Below are positions 19,882 to 29,936 of a stretch of 54,650 nt of DNA, piece after piece (positions within the stretch are counted from its first letter, which is position 1; every line of letters starts with the position of its first letter). The stretch is from Chlamydiota bacterium (GTDB lineage: Bacteria; Chlamydiota; Chlamydiia; Chlamydiales; SM23-39). The stretch lies in NCBI GenBank assembly GCA_016219355.1, contig JACRNF010000029.1, forward strand, positions 1 through 54,650, read 5' to 3'. The notes below the pieces were generated by a model that had not been told where the DNA came from, ran no database searches, and saw only the letters and a program-made list of their open reading frames with translations. The position numbers were made by a program, and so were the translations under genes.

Positions 19882-20808
19882 ATGGAATATTTAGCTGCTA
19901 TAAACCAATTTTTAAGATATTTAGGTGTGGTAAAAAACGTATCCAAGCACACTATCAGAGGATATAATATTGATTTGCAAGATTTTAAAGAGTTTGTGCA
20001 AAAAAATATTTTAAAAAATAATGAAACCGAATTTTCTTTAGATATCATTGATAAATGGGTGATTAGAGAGTTTTTGATTTTTCTAAGAAATGAAAAAAAG
20101 AAAAATTGTACCATCATGAGAAGAATATCTTCTATGCGCTCTTTTTTCAAATATTGTTTTAGGGAAAAACAGGTTCAAATAAATCCAATTGAAGATATCG
20201 ATAGCCCTAAAAAAGAAAAAAGGCTTCCTAATGCTATAAATTATGATCAAGTTTTGCATTTATTCAATATGCCCGATTTAAACACTTATCTAGGTTTAAG
20301 GGATAGAGCAATAATCGAGCTTTTTTATAGCTCTGGACTAAGGCTCTCTGAGCTTGCTGCATTAAACAGAGATGACATTGATGTAAATTCTTTAATGATC
20401 AGTGTTATGGGAAAAGGCAAAAAACAAAGGGTTGTCCCGATTACTAAAACGTCCCTTAAGTGGATATTAGATTATTTAAATCATGAAAGCAGAAGCGTTG
20501 ATAGCAAAGAGCATTTTAAACAAAATGATCCTAAAGCGATTTTTTTAAATAAATGGGGAACTAGAATAACTGTAAGGTCCATAGATCGCAATTTCAAATT
20601 TTATCTAAAAAAAAGTGGTTTGAGCGCTAAAATCACACCTCATACTATCAGACATACCATTGCTACACATTGGCTAGAGAAAGGTATGGATTTAAAAACG
20701 ATCCAGATGCTCCTTGGCCATAATTGTTTGGCCACAACTACTATTTATACCCATGTCTCATGTAAGTTGAAGCGAGAGGTGTATGATAAGACTCATCCTA
20801 GGGCTTAA
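19882..20808 (+). CDS. xerC: Tyrosine recombinase XerC
   Basis: SSGLRLSEL, GKGKKQR, HTIRH, LGH, TTTIYTHV, HPRA C-terminus; neighbours match the chlamydial lon-rnz-xerC-ABC-F region. Confidence 0.88.
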   Translation: MEYLAAINQFLRYLGVVKNVSKHTIRGYNIDLQDFKEFVQKNILKNNETEFSLDIIDKWVIREFLIFLRNEKKKNCTIMRRISSMRSFFKYCFREKQVQINPIEDIDSPKKEKRLPNAINYDQVLHLFNMPDLNTYLGLRDRAIIELFYSSGLRLSELAALNRDDIDVNSLMISVMGKGKKQRVVPITKTSLKWILDYLNHESRSVDSKEHFKQNDPKAIFLNKWGTRITVRSIDRNFKFYLKKSGLSAKITPHTIRHTIATHWLEKGMDLKTIQMLLGHNCLATTTIYTHVSCKLKREVYDKTHPRA

Positions 20809-20918
20809 AAGAACTCACAATTTTCAACATATTTTGGGACACAATCATAAACTTTAGGATAATTAGAAATTCACAAAAAGATGCTATATTTGTGAAAAAT
20901 GAAGTCATTTGAAACGGA

Positions 20919-22007
20919 CTAAAAGGCCCAATTGATAGAACCTTTTACCAGCCAAACATTGTAATTATCGGTGTTTTTATATAATCCGCCTAAAAAGTCA
21001 ATATTTAAAGAAGTGTTGACTAAGTATCTAAAATAAGCGTTGCCGCTATTGGCTTGAAAGCTATGCTTTGGCAATACTTGCGGAGCTGCTATAACTTCCG
21101 GAGTAATAGCCCTGGTTTCGTTTGTCAAATCGAGAGTTGTCCTCCAAAGATGAGTGTAATTAAGCTCAAAATAATAATGAGGGAGCCATTCTTTGGAAAC
21201 TGCTAAGATCAGGCTATTGTCGGTCTCACGCTTATAAGAATAATAATCAAGGTTGATCCGATCTAATTTTTTGTAATCATAGATATATCTAGCGGTCCAA
21301 TTGCAACCGAACTTTTTTTTCCCAAGTCTTGCCCAAAGGGTGTATTCATATTTGGTATTGTTGATTGGATTTATATAAAGGGCTAAATAGCTGCTTGCTC
21401 CAACTCCGCAAAGAGGTGGTTTAAATCGATACTCATAAAGCGCATTCATTTGATACCGCCTTACAAAAAAAGCAAAAATATTTAAAAAATTTCTAGCTAT
21501 AAAGAGGTCTTTATATCCGGTTATTAAGAAAAAGTGGCTTGGATGAGAGTATTTGAATGAAAAAGCGGGCTCAAAATCCACTTTTTTTTGAAACGGAAAA
21601 AGATTGTAGGAGTTATTTATCCCATCAGTTAAATTTGCTGCAAAATTAAAGGTCCAGTATTTCTTAAAAAAGACATCAGCCCCAAGCGAATAGACAAAAA
21701 TATTTACGTTATAGTTATTTTCATTGGCGATTAAGTTAAACTGCTGCTGGGGAGCATAATGAAAAGCTCCAAATGGTCTAAAATGATCATTAACGGGCCA
21801 AAATAAAACAGCCGCCTGATCCAAATTATTCAATTGGACCGTCTTAATTTTTAAGACCAGATCGCTCTCTCGTTCTTGATCATAAAATGTTGAAATATAA
21901 ATAGAAGGATCAACATATCGTTTTACTTCGCTGAGCTCTTTTTTTAAAAAGCCATTTTCGGGATCATGTTTTAAAGCTAAAGTAAGATGTTTTTTCAGAA
22001 GAATCAT
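20919..22007 (-). pseudogene. 3' part of a split TPR + outer-membrane beta-barrel (YaiO/PgaA-like) export gene
   Basis: Begins with a TPR-like half repeat (KKHLTLALKHDPEN); aromatic-rich alternating strands; ends GSINWAF (C-terminal Phe, BAM-type signal); overlaps the upstream ORF in another frame. Confidence 0.6.
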
Positions 22008-22518
22008 TGAGCCCTTGTTTTAAATAAATTTCGGCTACTTCATTTTTTTCTTCAGCATAATAAACTTTGCCAAGCAAAATTGACGCTTCGGTATAATTGG
22101 GCATTTTTTGAAGAATGATCAAGAGCTCTTTTTCAGCCTTTTTATACTCTTTTTTCCAATAATACATTCTAGCAAGAGCAAGCCTTGTATCTTGATCATC
22201 AGGGTTTATTTCAAGCGATCTTGTTAGATATTTTTCTGCCTCGTCCCATTTTTTTAAAATTGAGTAAATGCGGCCCAAGCGATACATGAAATAGGGATTA
22301 TCAGGATATTTTGATAATAATTGTTCAAATATACTAGCCGCTTGCTGAAGATTTTGATCTTTTTCAGCTTCATTTGCTTGAAAAACTAGAGGATTTTCTT
22401 GTGGATTTTCCGATGAGATTTTTGTTTCTTGGGGTAAGGAATTTTCATTGCAAGCAAGATGCAGAGGTAAAAGGAAAACGAAGGCGATAATGATTTTTAA
22501 AAGAGATTTTTTTTTCAT
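21964..22518 (-). pseudogene. 5' part of the same gene: signal peptide (possible lipobox LAC) + TPR repeats
   Basis: MKKK-hydrophobic-LAC N-terminus; TPRs (YPDNPYFMYRLGRIY, NPDDQDTRLALARMY, PNYTEASILLGKVY); the frame breaks after YLKQGL. Confidence 0.65.
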
Positions 22519-22585
22519 TTCAAGAGCAATTTTTTATCTAAAATAAGTTATTGCAAATGGATGGATAATATTCAACTAGATCTTT

Positions 22586-22683
22586 TATACCCAAACAACC
22601 TGAAAAATTGGGTTTTCGGCTTCGTCAAAGCCTCAGATCTTTCACTGAAGCCCAAAACCAATTTTTCAGGCTGTTTGGGTATA
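22586..22683. mobile_element. Palindromic element family A, short form (98 bp)
   Basis: tatacccaaacaacctgaaaaattggg...ccaatttttcaggctgtttgggtata; matches the reverse complement of 5724-5887 with the central 66 bp absent and a few substitutions. Confidence 0.85.
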
Positions 22684-22773
22684 TTGAAGAATTAGCTTGA
22701 TTAAAATATTTTTTACGCTATTTTGAAATAGAGGGTTTCTATGTTTTTTAAGACATAAAAAAAAGGTGATAAT

Positions 22774-25700
22774 TTGAATTTAAAATTGTGGGAAAAGATC
22801 CATAAATGGGTCGTGATGCTAGGCGCCGGAGCTTGCATTTTGATCGGCCTTATCGGCCTTATTGGCTGGCATTTTAGTATTCCTTCTTTGCTTCAGGTTA
22901 TTTCAGGGCATGCAGCTATTCGATATAATGCCGCTTTTTTATTTTTACTGGCCGGCGGTTGTCTGTATTATAATCTTTTTGTCACAAAGGGATTTAACCT
23001 ACCTAGATTCTTGGCCTTCATTTTTATCAGTATCGGCATTTTAACGATTATTCAATATCAATTTAATCTTAACTTAAGCGTGGATACTTTTTTGATTGGT
23101 CTTTTTGTAAAAAAACCGCTTTGGGGATTTTCTTTGCGGGTTACTTTCTTAGGAGCAATTTCCTTTGTATTAATGGGAATTGTTTTTTTGATTTTTTCAC
23201 CTAAAAAATTTACCAAAATCAAAAGTGCTTTTATCACTATTTTGGGTTTAGTGATCATAAACGTCGGTATTTTAGGTTTTATTAGTTTTTTGATTCCTAT
23301 AGAGACTAATATTTTTAATTATAAAGTTGCGACTGCAATGTCTTTTTGGTCCGCTTGCAGCTACTTTTTTATGGGGCTCTCCTTTATTTCTTTAGCGGGC
23401 TTTTACAATATTAAGAATAACATTAATTTTTTCAAAGTTAGGCCTTTGTTAACTGGGGCCACTGCTATTATTTTATCAATATTAATTGCTTTTGGTTTAT
23501 ATGTTGAAAAAGTTCACCTTTTTGAACAATTTTTTAATAATCAATTGTCTTTAATAAAGACAACGATTATTCAAAATTTTGAGCAAGAAATAAATAATAT
23601 TTCTGACATTGTCAAAGAATTAGAAGCTAATCAAAAAAGCTTAAATGAACATGATTGGGAGAAGTATTCAAATTTTTACATGTTGCAACATTCAGAAATT
23701 AAAGCCATTTATTTGCTAGATAATGACTTTAAGGAAATAAAGGCTATTTCTTCTCAAAAGGAGAATGTAAAACAATCCTTTGAGTTAAATGAAAACATTA
23801 GGCAAAAATTAAGCACTCCTTTTGAGGATAATTTTTTGATTCAATATGACTCATCAAAGGAAATTGTAGCTTTTATAACTTCAGCAGAGATCAGAACAAA
23901 TCAAAAAGGATTTTTTGTCGTTATTTCTGATTCTAAAAAGCTTTTCGATGAATTATTAAGCACAATCAAAGGAGATTTTCAAATAGATTTATTTGCAGAT
24001 AAAGAACGGATTTATGAATTTAACACCGAGGTCAAACCTGATAAATTTTGGGTTTGGCAAGATGTAATAAATGTTCATGGCCTTGATCTAACCATTAAAA
24101 TATTTCCTTCCGAAGCGCTTGTTTTAGAAAGTTTGAACAAAGCTTCTATTGTAATTGTTTTTAGCATTGGATTCATCGTGGCTTTTTTTTTATGGCGAGT
24201 TTCAGCGTTAATTGAGAAGAGCCGCTTGCAAGTTCTTGAAATAACCAAAATTAAGAACTATATCTCAGAATATAAAGATAGATTATCTCTTGCCATTAAA
24301 GGAGGTAAAATCAGTAGTTGGGTGATTGATTTAAAAACCCAAGAGATTTCATGGGATGAATATGCCTATGTCAATTTTTTTGGAAGAGATCCCGATTTTA
24401 TTTTACCCAAAAATTTAGCAGAGCTCTTGAAATATATACATCCTCAAGATCAAAGACGTTTTGAGGATGAAATAAAAATGTATGGCAAAGAAGTTTTAAT
24501 TACGGTGTTTAGGGTTATTTATCCTGAAGGTAAAGCTCGTTATCTTAATACCAAGTGTACTTTATTTTATGATAAAGAGGGAAACCCTTATAAACTAGCG
24601 GGAGTATGCATAGATATTACCAAAGAAAAGATATTTGAAATAATTTTAGAAGTTCAAATGCATATTGCAAAAATTTTAAGTGAAGCAGTATCGGTAGATG
24701 AAGCAATCATTAAACTTATACAACTATTAGGAGAAGCTTTAGATTTGGCGATGGTTAATTTTTGGAAGAAAGATAATGCATTAGAAGTTATAAAATTGCA
24801 GCAAAGCTGGAATGATCCAAATTTAAATTTGACTGAATTTATCAGCGTTTGTAAAAATCATCCTTTTGCTAAAGGAGAGGGATTTCCTGGCGAAGTTTGG
24901 GAGCATAAAAGAGCTATATGGTTTCAAAATGTTAAAGAACAGTGTAAATGCAAAAGAATAAAAAAAGATGATGCGGCGGTTTTGAAATCGGCTTTTGGTT
25001 ATCCTATTAGCTATAACGGAAATTTTGTTGGAGTGTTTGAAGTTTTTAATAAAACTTTTTTTGTAGAAGAAATAAATGAATACTTGTTATATATTGCTGA
25101 TTATATCAGTTATGAACTCGGGAGGTTTTTAAGTAGAAAAAAAGCTGAAGAATCGCAATCGCAGCTCGCTGCCATAATTTTATTTGCAAGGGAGCCTATT
25201 TTTGTTTTGGATCTAGTTGGAAAAATTATTACTTGGAATAAAGGAGCTGAGCAAACTTTTGGGTTTTTAGAAAGTGAGATAATCGGAAAATCAATTGAAA
25301 CCCTCTTTGCCTTTGAAAAACAATCAAATGTTAATACCCTTGTTGAAAAAATTAAGGGAGGCTTGCCAATTTTAAACCTGGAAATTGATTTGCATGGCAA
25401 TAATGGAAAAAAAATCACCGGGCTTATGACCATTTCTCCAATGAAAAAAGAAAATATGATTATCGGCGCTTGTGTGATTATACAAGACATTACCGAGCTA
25501 AAACTTGCCCAAGAAGAGAATCTTAAAAATCAAAAGAAATATCAGATTTTTCTTGAATCGGCCAGCGATTGGTTTTGGGCAATGGATAAAAATAGAAAAA
25601 TTACCTTTTCCAGCCCAAGCATAAAAACTATTTTGGGATATGAGCCTGAAGAAGTAATCGGCATGGATATGTTTTTACTTTTAGGAGATGAAAATATTGA

Positions 25701-25845
25701 AGAGACTAAAAAAGAATTTCTAAACCATCTTGATAATAAAAAAGGATGGCTTAATAAAATAGCGCGCTGGAAAACAAAAGGGGGGAGCATAAAGTGGTTG
25801 GAGTGCTCAGGCGAGCCAATGTTTGATGAAAATAATAATCAATGA
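22774..25845 (+). pseudogene. Membrane sensor histidine kinase, sensory part (TM segments, extracytoplasmic domain, PAS, GAF, PAS, PAS), truncated
   Basis: About 7 N-terminal TMs; PAS (IHPQD), GAF (GEGFPGEVW), PAS (WNKGAEQTFG; SPSIKTILGYEPEEVIG); stops mid-PAC at FDENNNQ. Confidence 0.8.
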
Positions 25846-26353
25846 TATATTAGAAGTGCAAAGGCTAGAATCGGAAATGTTTGAAATGGACTTTAAAAAA
25901 ATTAATGTGGAAATGCTGTTAAAAGAAGCAATAGAGGCAAATATGTCTCTTGCGCTAAATCGTGAGGTGGAATTAGTCTTGGAAAATTGTCCTTCTGATT
26001 TAGAAATTTTAGCTGATTATAAACGAATGATGCAGGTGATGACTAATTTAATCTCTAATGGGCTCAAATTTTCACCGCGCGAAGGAAAAATATTTTTTAG
26101 AGCAGATAAAATCGATAAAATCATCCGGATCTCAATTCAAGATCAAGGGCCCGGCATAGAAGAAGGTATCAAGACCACTATTTTTGAAAAATTTGTCAAG
26201 GGAGAACCTTTGGGCCAGACCATGATTCCTGGGACGGGTCTAGGTCTTTATATTTGTAAAAACATTATTGAAAAACTTGGCGGAACAATTAATTTTACTA
26301 CTAAAAAAGGTCAAGGGACCACCTTTTATTTTGATTTGCCAATGGCTACATAA
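25823..26353 (+). pseudogene. HATPase_c part of the same kinase, without the HisKA H-box
   Basis: Starts at INDIL (end of HisKA helix 2); N box NLISNGLKF, G1 DQGPG, G2 GTGLGL; no SHELRTP-like motif in either fragment. Confidence 0.8.
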
Positions 26354-26373
26354 GCCCTTTTTAAGGAGAAAAT

Positions 26374-26760
26374 ATGGCTAAGTCTTTAAAAAAATTGCTA
26401 ATCGTAGATGATGATCAAGACATTATAGATATTATTCAAATAGCTTTAGAAGAGATGCCCGGGGTCCAAATAAAATATTGTCTTTCGGCAGAATCAGGGA
26501 TAAAAGAGGCTCTATCTTTTCAGCCAGATTTTATCTTAATCGATGTGATGATGCCGCATATGGATGGAATAGCGATGTTAAAAGCTATGCGGCTAATTCC
26601 AGCTTTAGCGAATGTTCCTGTCGCTTTTTTGACTGCAAAGATTCAAAAAGAAGAGATTGATCAGTATCATAAACTTGGGGTTAAAGAGATTATCACTAAA
26701 CCTTTTGATCCTATAACTTTGGCAGATCAAATTTTAAAAATTTGGAAAAAAAATCAATAG
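26374..26760 (+). CDS. Single-domain response regulator
   Basis: IVDDD, LIDVMMP phospho-Asp, FLTA, KPF; SD AAGGAG. Confidence 0.93.
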   Translation: MAKSLKKLLIVDDDQDIIDIIQIALEEMPGVQIKYCLSAESGIKEALSFQPDFILIDVMMPHMDGIAMLKAMRLIPALANVPVAFLTAKIQKEEIDQYHKLGVKEIITKPFDPITLADQILKIWKKNQ

Positions 26761-26782
26761 CTGAAAACAAATTGGAGATTTT

Positions 26783-28882
26783 TTGGGACTAAAAATGAAA
26801 TCGACGGGCAATAAAAAATCTTTAGACAAAATTTTAGAGCTGGAAGTTAAAAAATATAGAGAGACTATTCCACAAAAAATTGCTGCGCTAGAAAAATTAA
26901 TCACCAAGGCAAAATCGAAATCTAATGAATCTTCATTTCAAGAACTTGAATATGCTTTTCATAAACTAGCCGGTTCAGCCGGAACTTATGGATATGGCAA
27001 GGTGAGTGAGATAGCCAAACAGATTGTTGGGAAAATTCGAGAGTGGCTTTTGCTTTTACCCAAAAAAGAGATAAAAAAAGCTCAGATCAAAGAATTGCAA
27101 GATTTATTCAGCTTGATCAAAGAAGAATTTAAAGCCAAAGAAGTTAGCCTTGTAAAAGAAGAAGCCATCTTCCCACTACCGATAAAACAACTAAAATTTA
27201 GTCTGGATCTATATATTTTAGATGGGGATGATGATTTTTTACGGATGATTGCAAAAGAAGCCAAAAGTCGAAATTTACATATACAAGCAGAGTCTGATCC
27301 TGAAAAAGTATGGGACCAAATAAAATCTAAAGAATTTAATCCTCGCATTTTTATTGTCGGTCCCTGTTATTATGAAAAAATCGATAAAAACTTAAGAAAA
27401 TCACGCCACAAAAAGCAACCTATCGATCCTTATGAAATAATCGATGAATATAGAAAAAATCATAAAGAGGGTGTTGTTGGGGTGATTTTACCTGAAGTGG
27501 ATTTTCAGCAACGGATCGCAGCCATCAAGAAAAAAATCGATTATATTTTGGAAAAGCCCTGTTCGGTTAAAAATTTATTAAATATTGCCGAAAGCGTTAT
27601 CCCAACCTATTTTGTAAAACCTCTAAAAGTCATGGTTTTAGATGATGATGAAGATATCTGTTTATTTATTAAAGATGCTTTAGAAGAGATCAATGTCAAG
27701 GTTGAGACTCTTTGCCAAGCAGGAGTTTTTTTTAAGCAGCTGAAAAGCTTTGTGCCTGATTTACTTTTTTTGGATTTATCCCTTGTTCATTTCAATGGCC
27801 TTGAAATTTTACAAACTATTAGATCTGACGCTCGCTTTAAAGACCTTCCGGTTATAGTTATTACGGCGTACTCAGATGTTGAGACTATTAAAAGAGCCTA
27901 CATGGCCAAAGTAGATGATTATATTACTAAACCTTTGGTTAAGGGAATAATACAATCAAAAGTGATGTATTTTGCGAGAATCTTATCTTTTAAAGAGATC
28001 ATTCAGACTCAAGATTTCTTGACCGGTTTATATACCGAACATGCCTTTTTATACTTGCTAGCCCAAAAATTTGAAAAAATCGGTTTAGAAAAAAAGGAAA
28101 GTTCGATCGCTATAATTGGGATTGATAAATTTGATGCTATTAATACCACAGAGCAAGCTGAAATGGCGCTTGTTGAAGTTGCCAATTCTTTAAGCGAGAC
28201 TTTTAAAGCTTTTGAGCTGATTGGTAGAACAAATAAAAATGATTTTATCATTTTTTTAGAAGGGATACGGGGCCCTTTAGCTTTATCGCTTGTCACTAAA
28301 TTTATAAATAATGTCGATCTTGAAATTGCTTTGGCCAAGAAAAGCAAAAGATCTTTAACTTTAAGCGGCGGCGTTTCGATTTATCCGCTAGATGGAAAAA
28401 ATTCTTTAGAATTAATAAAACTAGCCCAAAAATTTCTTTCGAAAGCTAAAAAAATTACCAATACTGTGGTTGGATCTTCCAAAGCGAAAACGATCTCGTC
28501 GATTATTCAAGAGGTTTTTATTTTGGATGATGATTTAGACATTCAAAGGCTGCTTAACTTTGCTTTTAAAAGAGAAGGGTTTAAAGTCACTTTGGCAGGA
28601 AGTTTTAAAGAGGCTGTTTTAAAGTTAAGAAATAGGCAAGGAGCGGAGCTTCCCGCCCTTTGTATTTTTGATAGGATGCTTCCCGATGGGGATGGTTTAG
28701 AACTTTATCGAAAATTAAAAAAGGAATTTGTTAATTTTCCAGCAGTAATGTTTTTATCCAAACTCTCTAATGAAAAAGATGTAATTTTAGGACTGAAAGA
28801 AGGGGCTATTGATTACATTACCAAACCTTTTAGTATTCAGGTACTCATGCAAAAAGCTCTAAAGCTTTTAGAGGGCTCCTGA
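26783..28882 (+). CDS. Hpt-REC-REC-GGDEF(degenerate)-REC phosphorelay protein
   Basis: HKLAGSAGTYG Hpt; pseudo-REC; REC (VLDDD...LFLD...KP); DFLTGL GGDEF start with GRTNKNDF at the active site; C-terminal REC (DRMLPDGDG). Confidence 0.85.
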   Translation: MGLKMKSTGNKKSLDKILELEVKKYRETIPQKIAALEKLITKAKSKSNESSFQELEYAFHKLAGSAGTYGYGKVSEIAKQIVGKIREWLLLLPKKEIKKAQIKELQDLFSLIKEEFKAKEVSLVKEEAIFPLPIKQLKFSLDLYILDGDDDFLRMIAKEAKSRNLHIQAESDPEKVWDQIKSKEFNPRIFIVGPCYYEKIDKNLRKSRHKKQPIDPYEIIDEYRKNHKEGVVGVILPEVDFQQRIAAIKKKIDYILEKPCSVKNLLNIAESVIPTYFVKPLKVMVLDDDEDICLFIKDALEEINVKVETLCQAGVFFKQLKSFVPDLLFLDLSLVHFNGLEILQTIRSDARFKDLPVIVITAYSDVETIKRAYMAKVDDYITKPLVKGIIQSKVMYFARILSFKEIIQTQDFLTGLYTEHAFLYLLAQKFEKIGLEKKESSIAIIGIDKFDAINTTEQAEMALVEVANSLSETFKAFELIGRTNKNDFIIFLEGIRGPLALSLVTKFINNVDLEIALAKKSKRSLTLSGGVSIYPLDGKNSLELIKLAQKFLSKAKKITNTVVGSSKAKTISSIIQEVFILDDDLDIQRLLNFAFKREGFKVTLAGSFKEAVLKLRNRQGAELPALCIFDRMLPDGDGLELYRKLKKEFVNFPAVMFLSKLSNEKDVILGLKEGAIDYITKPFSIQVLMQKALKLLEGS

Positions 28883-29934
28883 TGAATTTATACCCTTTTT
28901 TACAAAAGATCATCGATATTGCCAAGTTTGAGTTTTTGTTAGTAATAGTTGTTATTCTATTGCTTTTTTTTGCTCGTATCATACTTACAATAAAACAAAA
29001 AAGAGAGGAAAAATTAAAAAAGACAATAACAAATCTTTTGTTAGAAGCTATTGAAAAAGAAAAAATAACTGTTGTTAAACATATACCCCAAAAATGTTTA
29101 AAGCCAAAAATGCTCTTAAGTGTTTTGGAAAACCTGGACTCTAAATTTTCAGATAAAGTATGGGTCAATATAAAAGAACAGCTTGTAAAAAACAATTTAT
29201 CACCGCTTGCTAAAAAATGGGTCAAAAGTTCCAATTGGATGAAGCGGAATTTTGCTGCCAGATGTTTTGCCTTAGCGCCCCAAATTGAAAATGAAAGTGA
29301 AATTATTCACCTTTTAGGCGGTCCTATTCCTTTGGTTAGGCTAACTGCGATAGAACCGGCCGTCTATTTAGGAACAAATGCATTACTGCATGCCTTTTTT
29401 CAAGCGATGAGTAAAGAGCCTGAGAGAGGAAGATATCCCTATCGTGATGCAATTTTAAAAGGGCAAACATTTGTTTTTTCTTGGATAAAAGAGCAATTGA
29501 TACAGGAGAAGGATACTAAACTTAGATACATATACTTGGATATTTTGAGCGCAAAATTTGATAGCTTTGTTTTAAAATTTATTAAAAAAGATTTGAGATC
29601 TTCGCATAAAGATCTTCGTCTAAAAGCGGTAACAGTAGTTGCGAGTTTTCCCAATGAAAAATCTGTTTCCTTGATTTTATCATTGATCAATGATCCTAAT
29701 CCTTTAATTAGAGCCGAAGTAGTCAAAGCGCTTCCCAGTTTCTTGAATGCAAGGGCTATTCCTAAATTGAAAAAAGCTCTTTTAGACAAAGATTGGTGGG
29801 TAAGGTTATACGCCGCTTTAGCCTTGAAAAAGCTAGGAGTAAAAGGAAGAAAAATTTTGCTGTCGCAAGATAAAAAAAAGCATTTGAAAAGTTATGAAGT
29901 TGCTCAATACGTTTTAGCATTAGGCGAGATTTAA
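28882..29934 (+). CDS. Membrane-anchored HEAT-repeat protein
   Basis: N-terminal TM; repeats such as LINDPNPLIRAEVVKAL and LLDKDWWVRLYAALAL. Confidence 0.85.
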   Translation: MNLYPFLQKIIDIAKFEFLLVIVVILLLFFARIILTIKQKREEKLKKTITNLLLEAIEKEKITVVKHIPQKCLKPKMLLSVLENLDSKFSDKVWVNIKEQLVKNNLSPLAKKWVKSSNWMKRNFAARCFALAPQIENESEIIHLLGGPIPLVRLTAIEPAVYLGTNALLHAFFQAMSKEPERGRYPYRDAILKGQTFVFSWIKEQLIQEKDTKLRYIYLDILSAKFDSFVLKFIKKDLRSSHKDLRLKAVTVVASFPNEKSVSLILSLINDPNPLIRAEVVKALPSFLNARAIPKLKKALLDKDWWVRLYAALALKKLGVKGRKILLSQDKKKHLKSYEVAQYVLALGEI

Positions 29935-29936
29935 TT

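Noticed and set aside
19882-20808. Phage/ICE integrase driving the adjacent accessory block
   Set aside because: Size, HPRA C-terminus and neighbourhood fit housekeeping XerC; no att-like direct repeats or dif site were recognised
20870-20896. Inverted repeat ttcacaaa-N11-tttgtgaa between xerC and the barrel gene
   Set aside because: Only 8-bp AT-rich arms; could be a weak terminator but cannot be distinguished from chance
26783-28882. Active diguanylate cyclase
   Set aside because: The active-site motif is NKNDF rather than GG(D/E)EF
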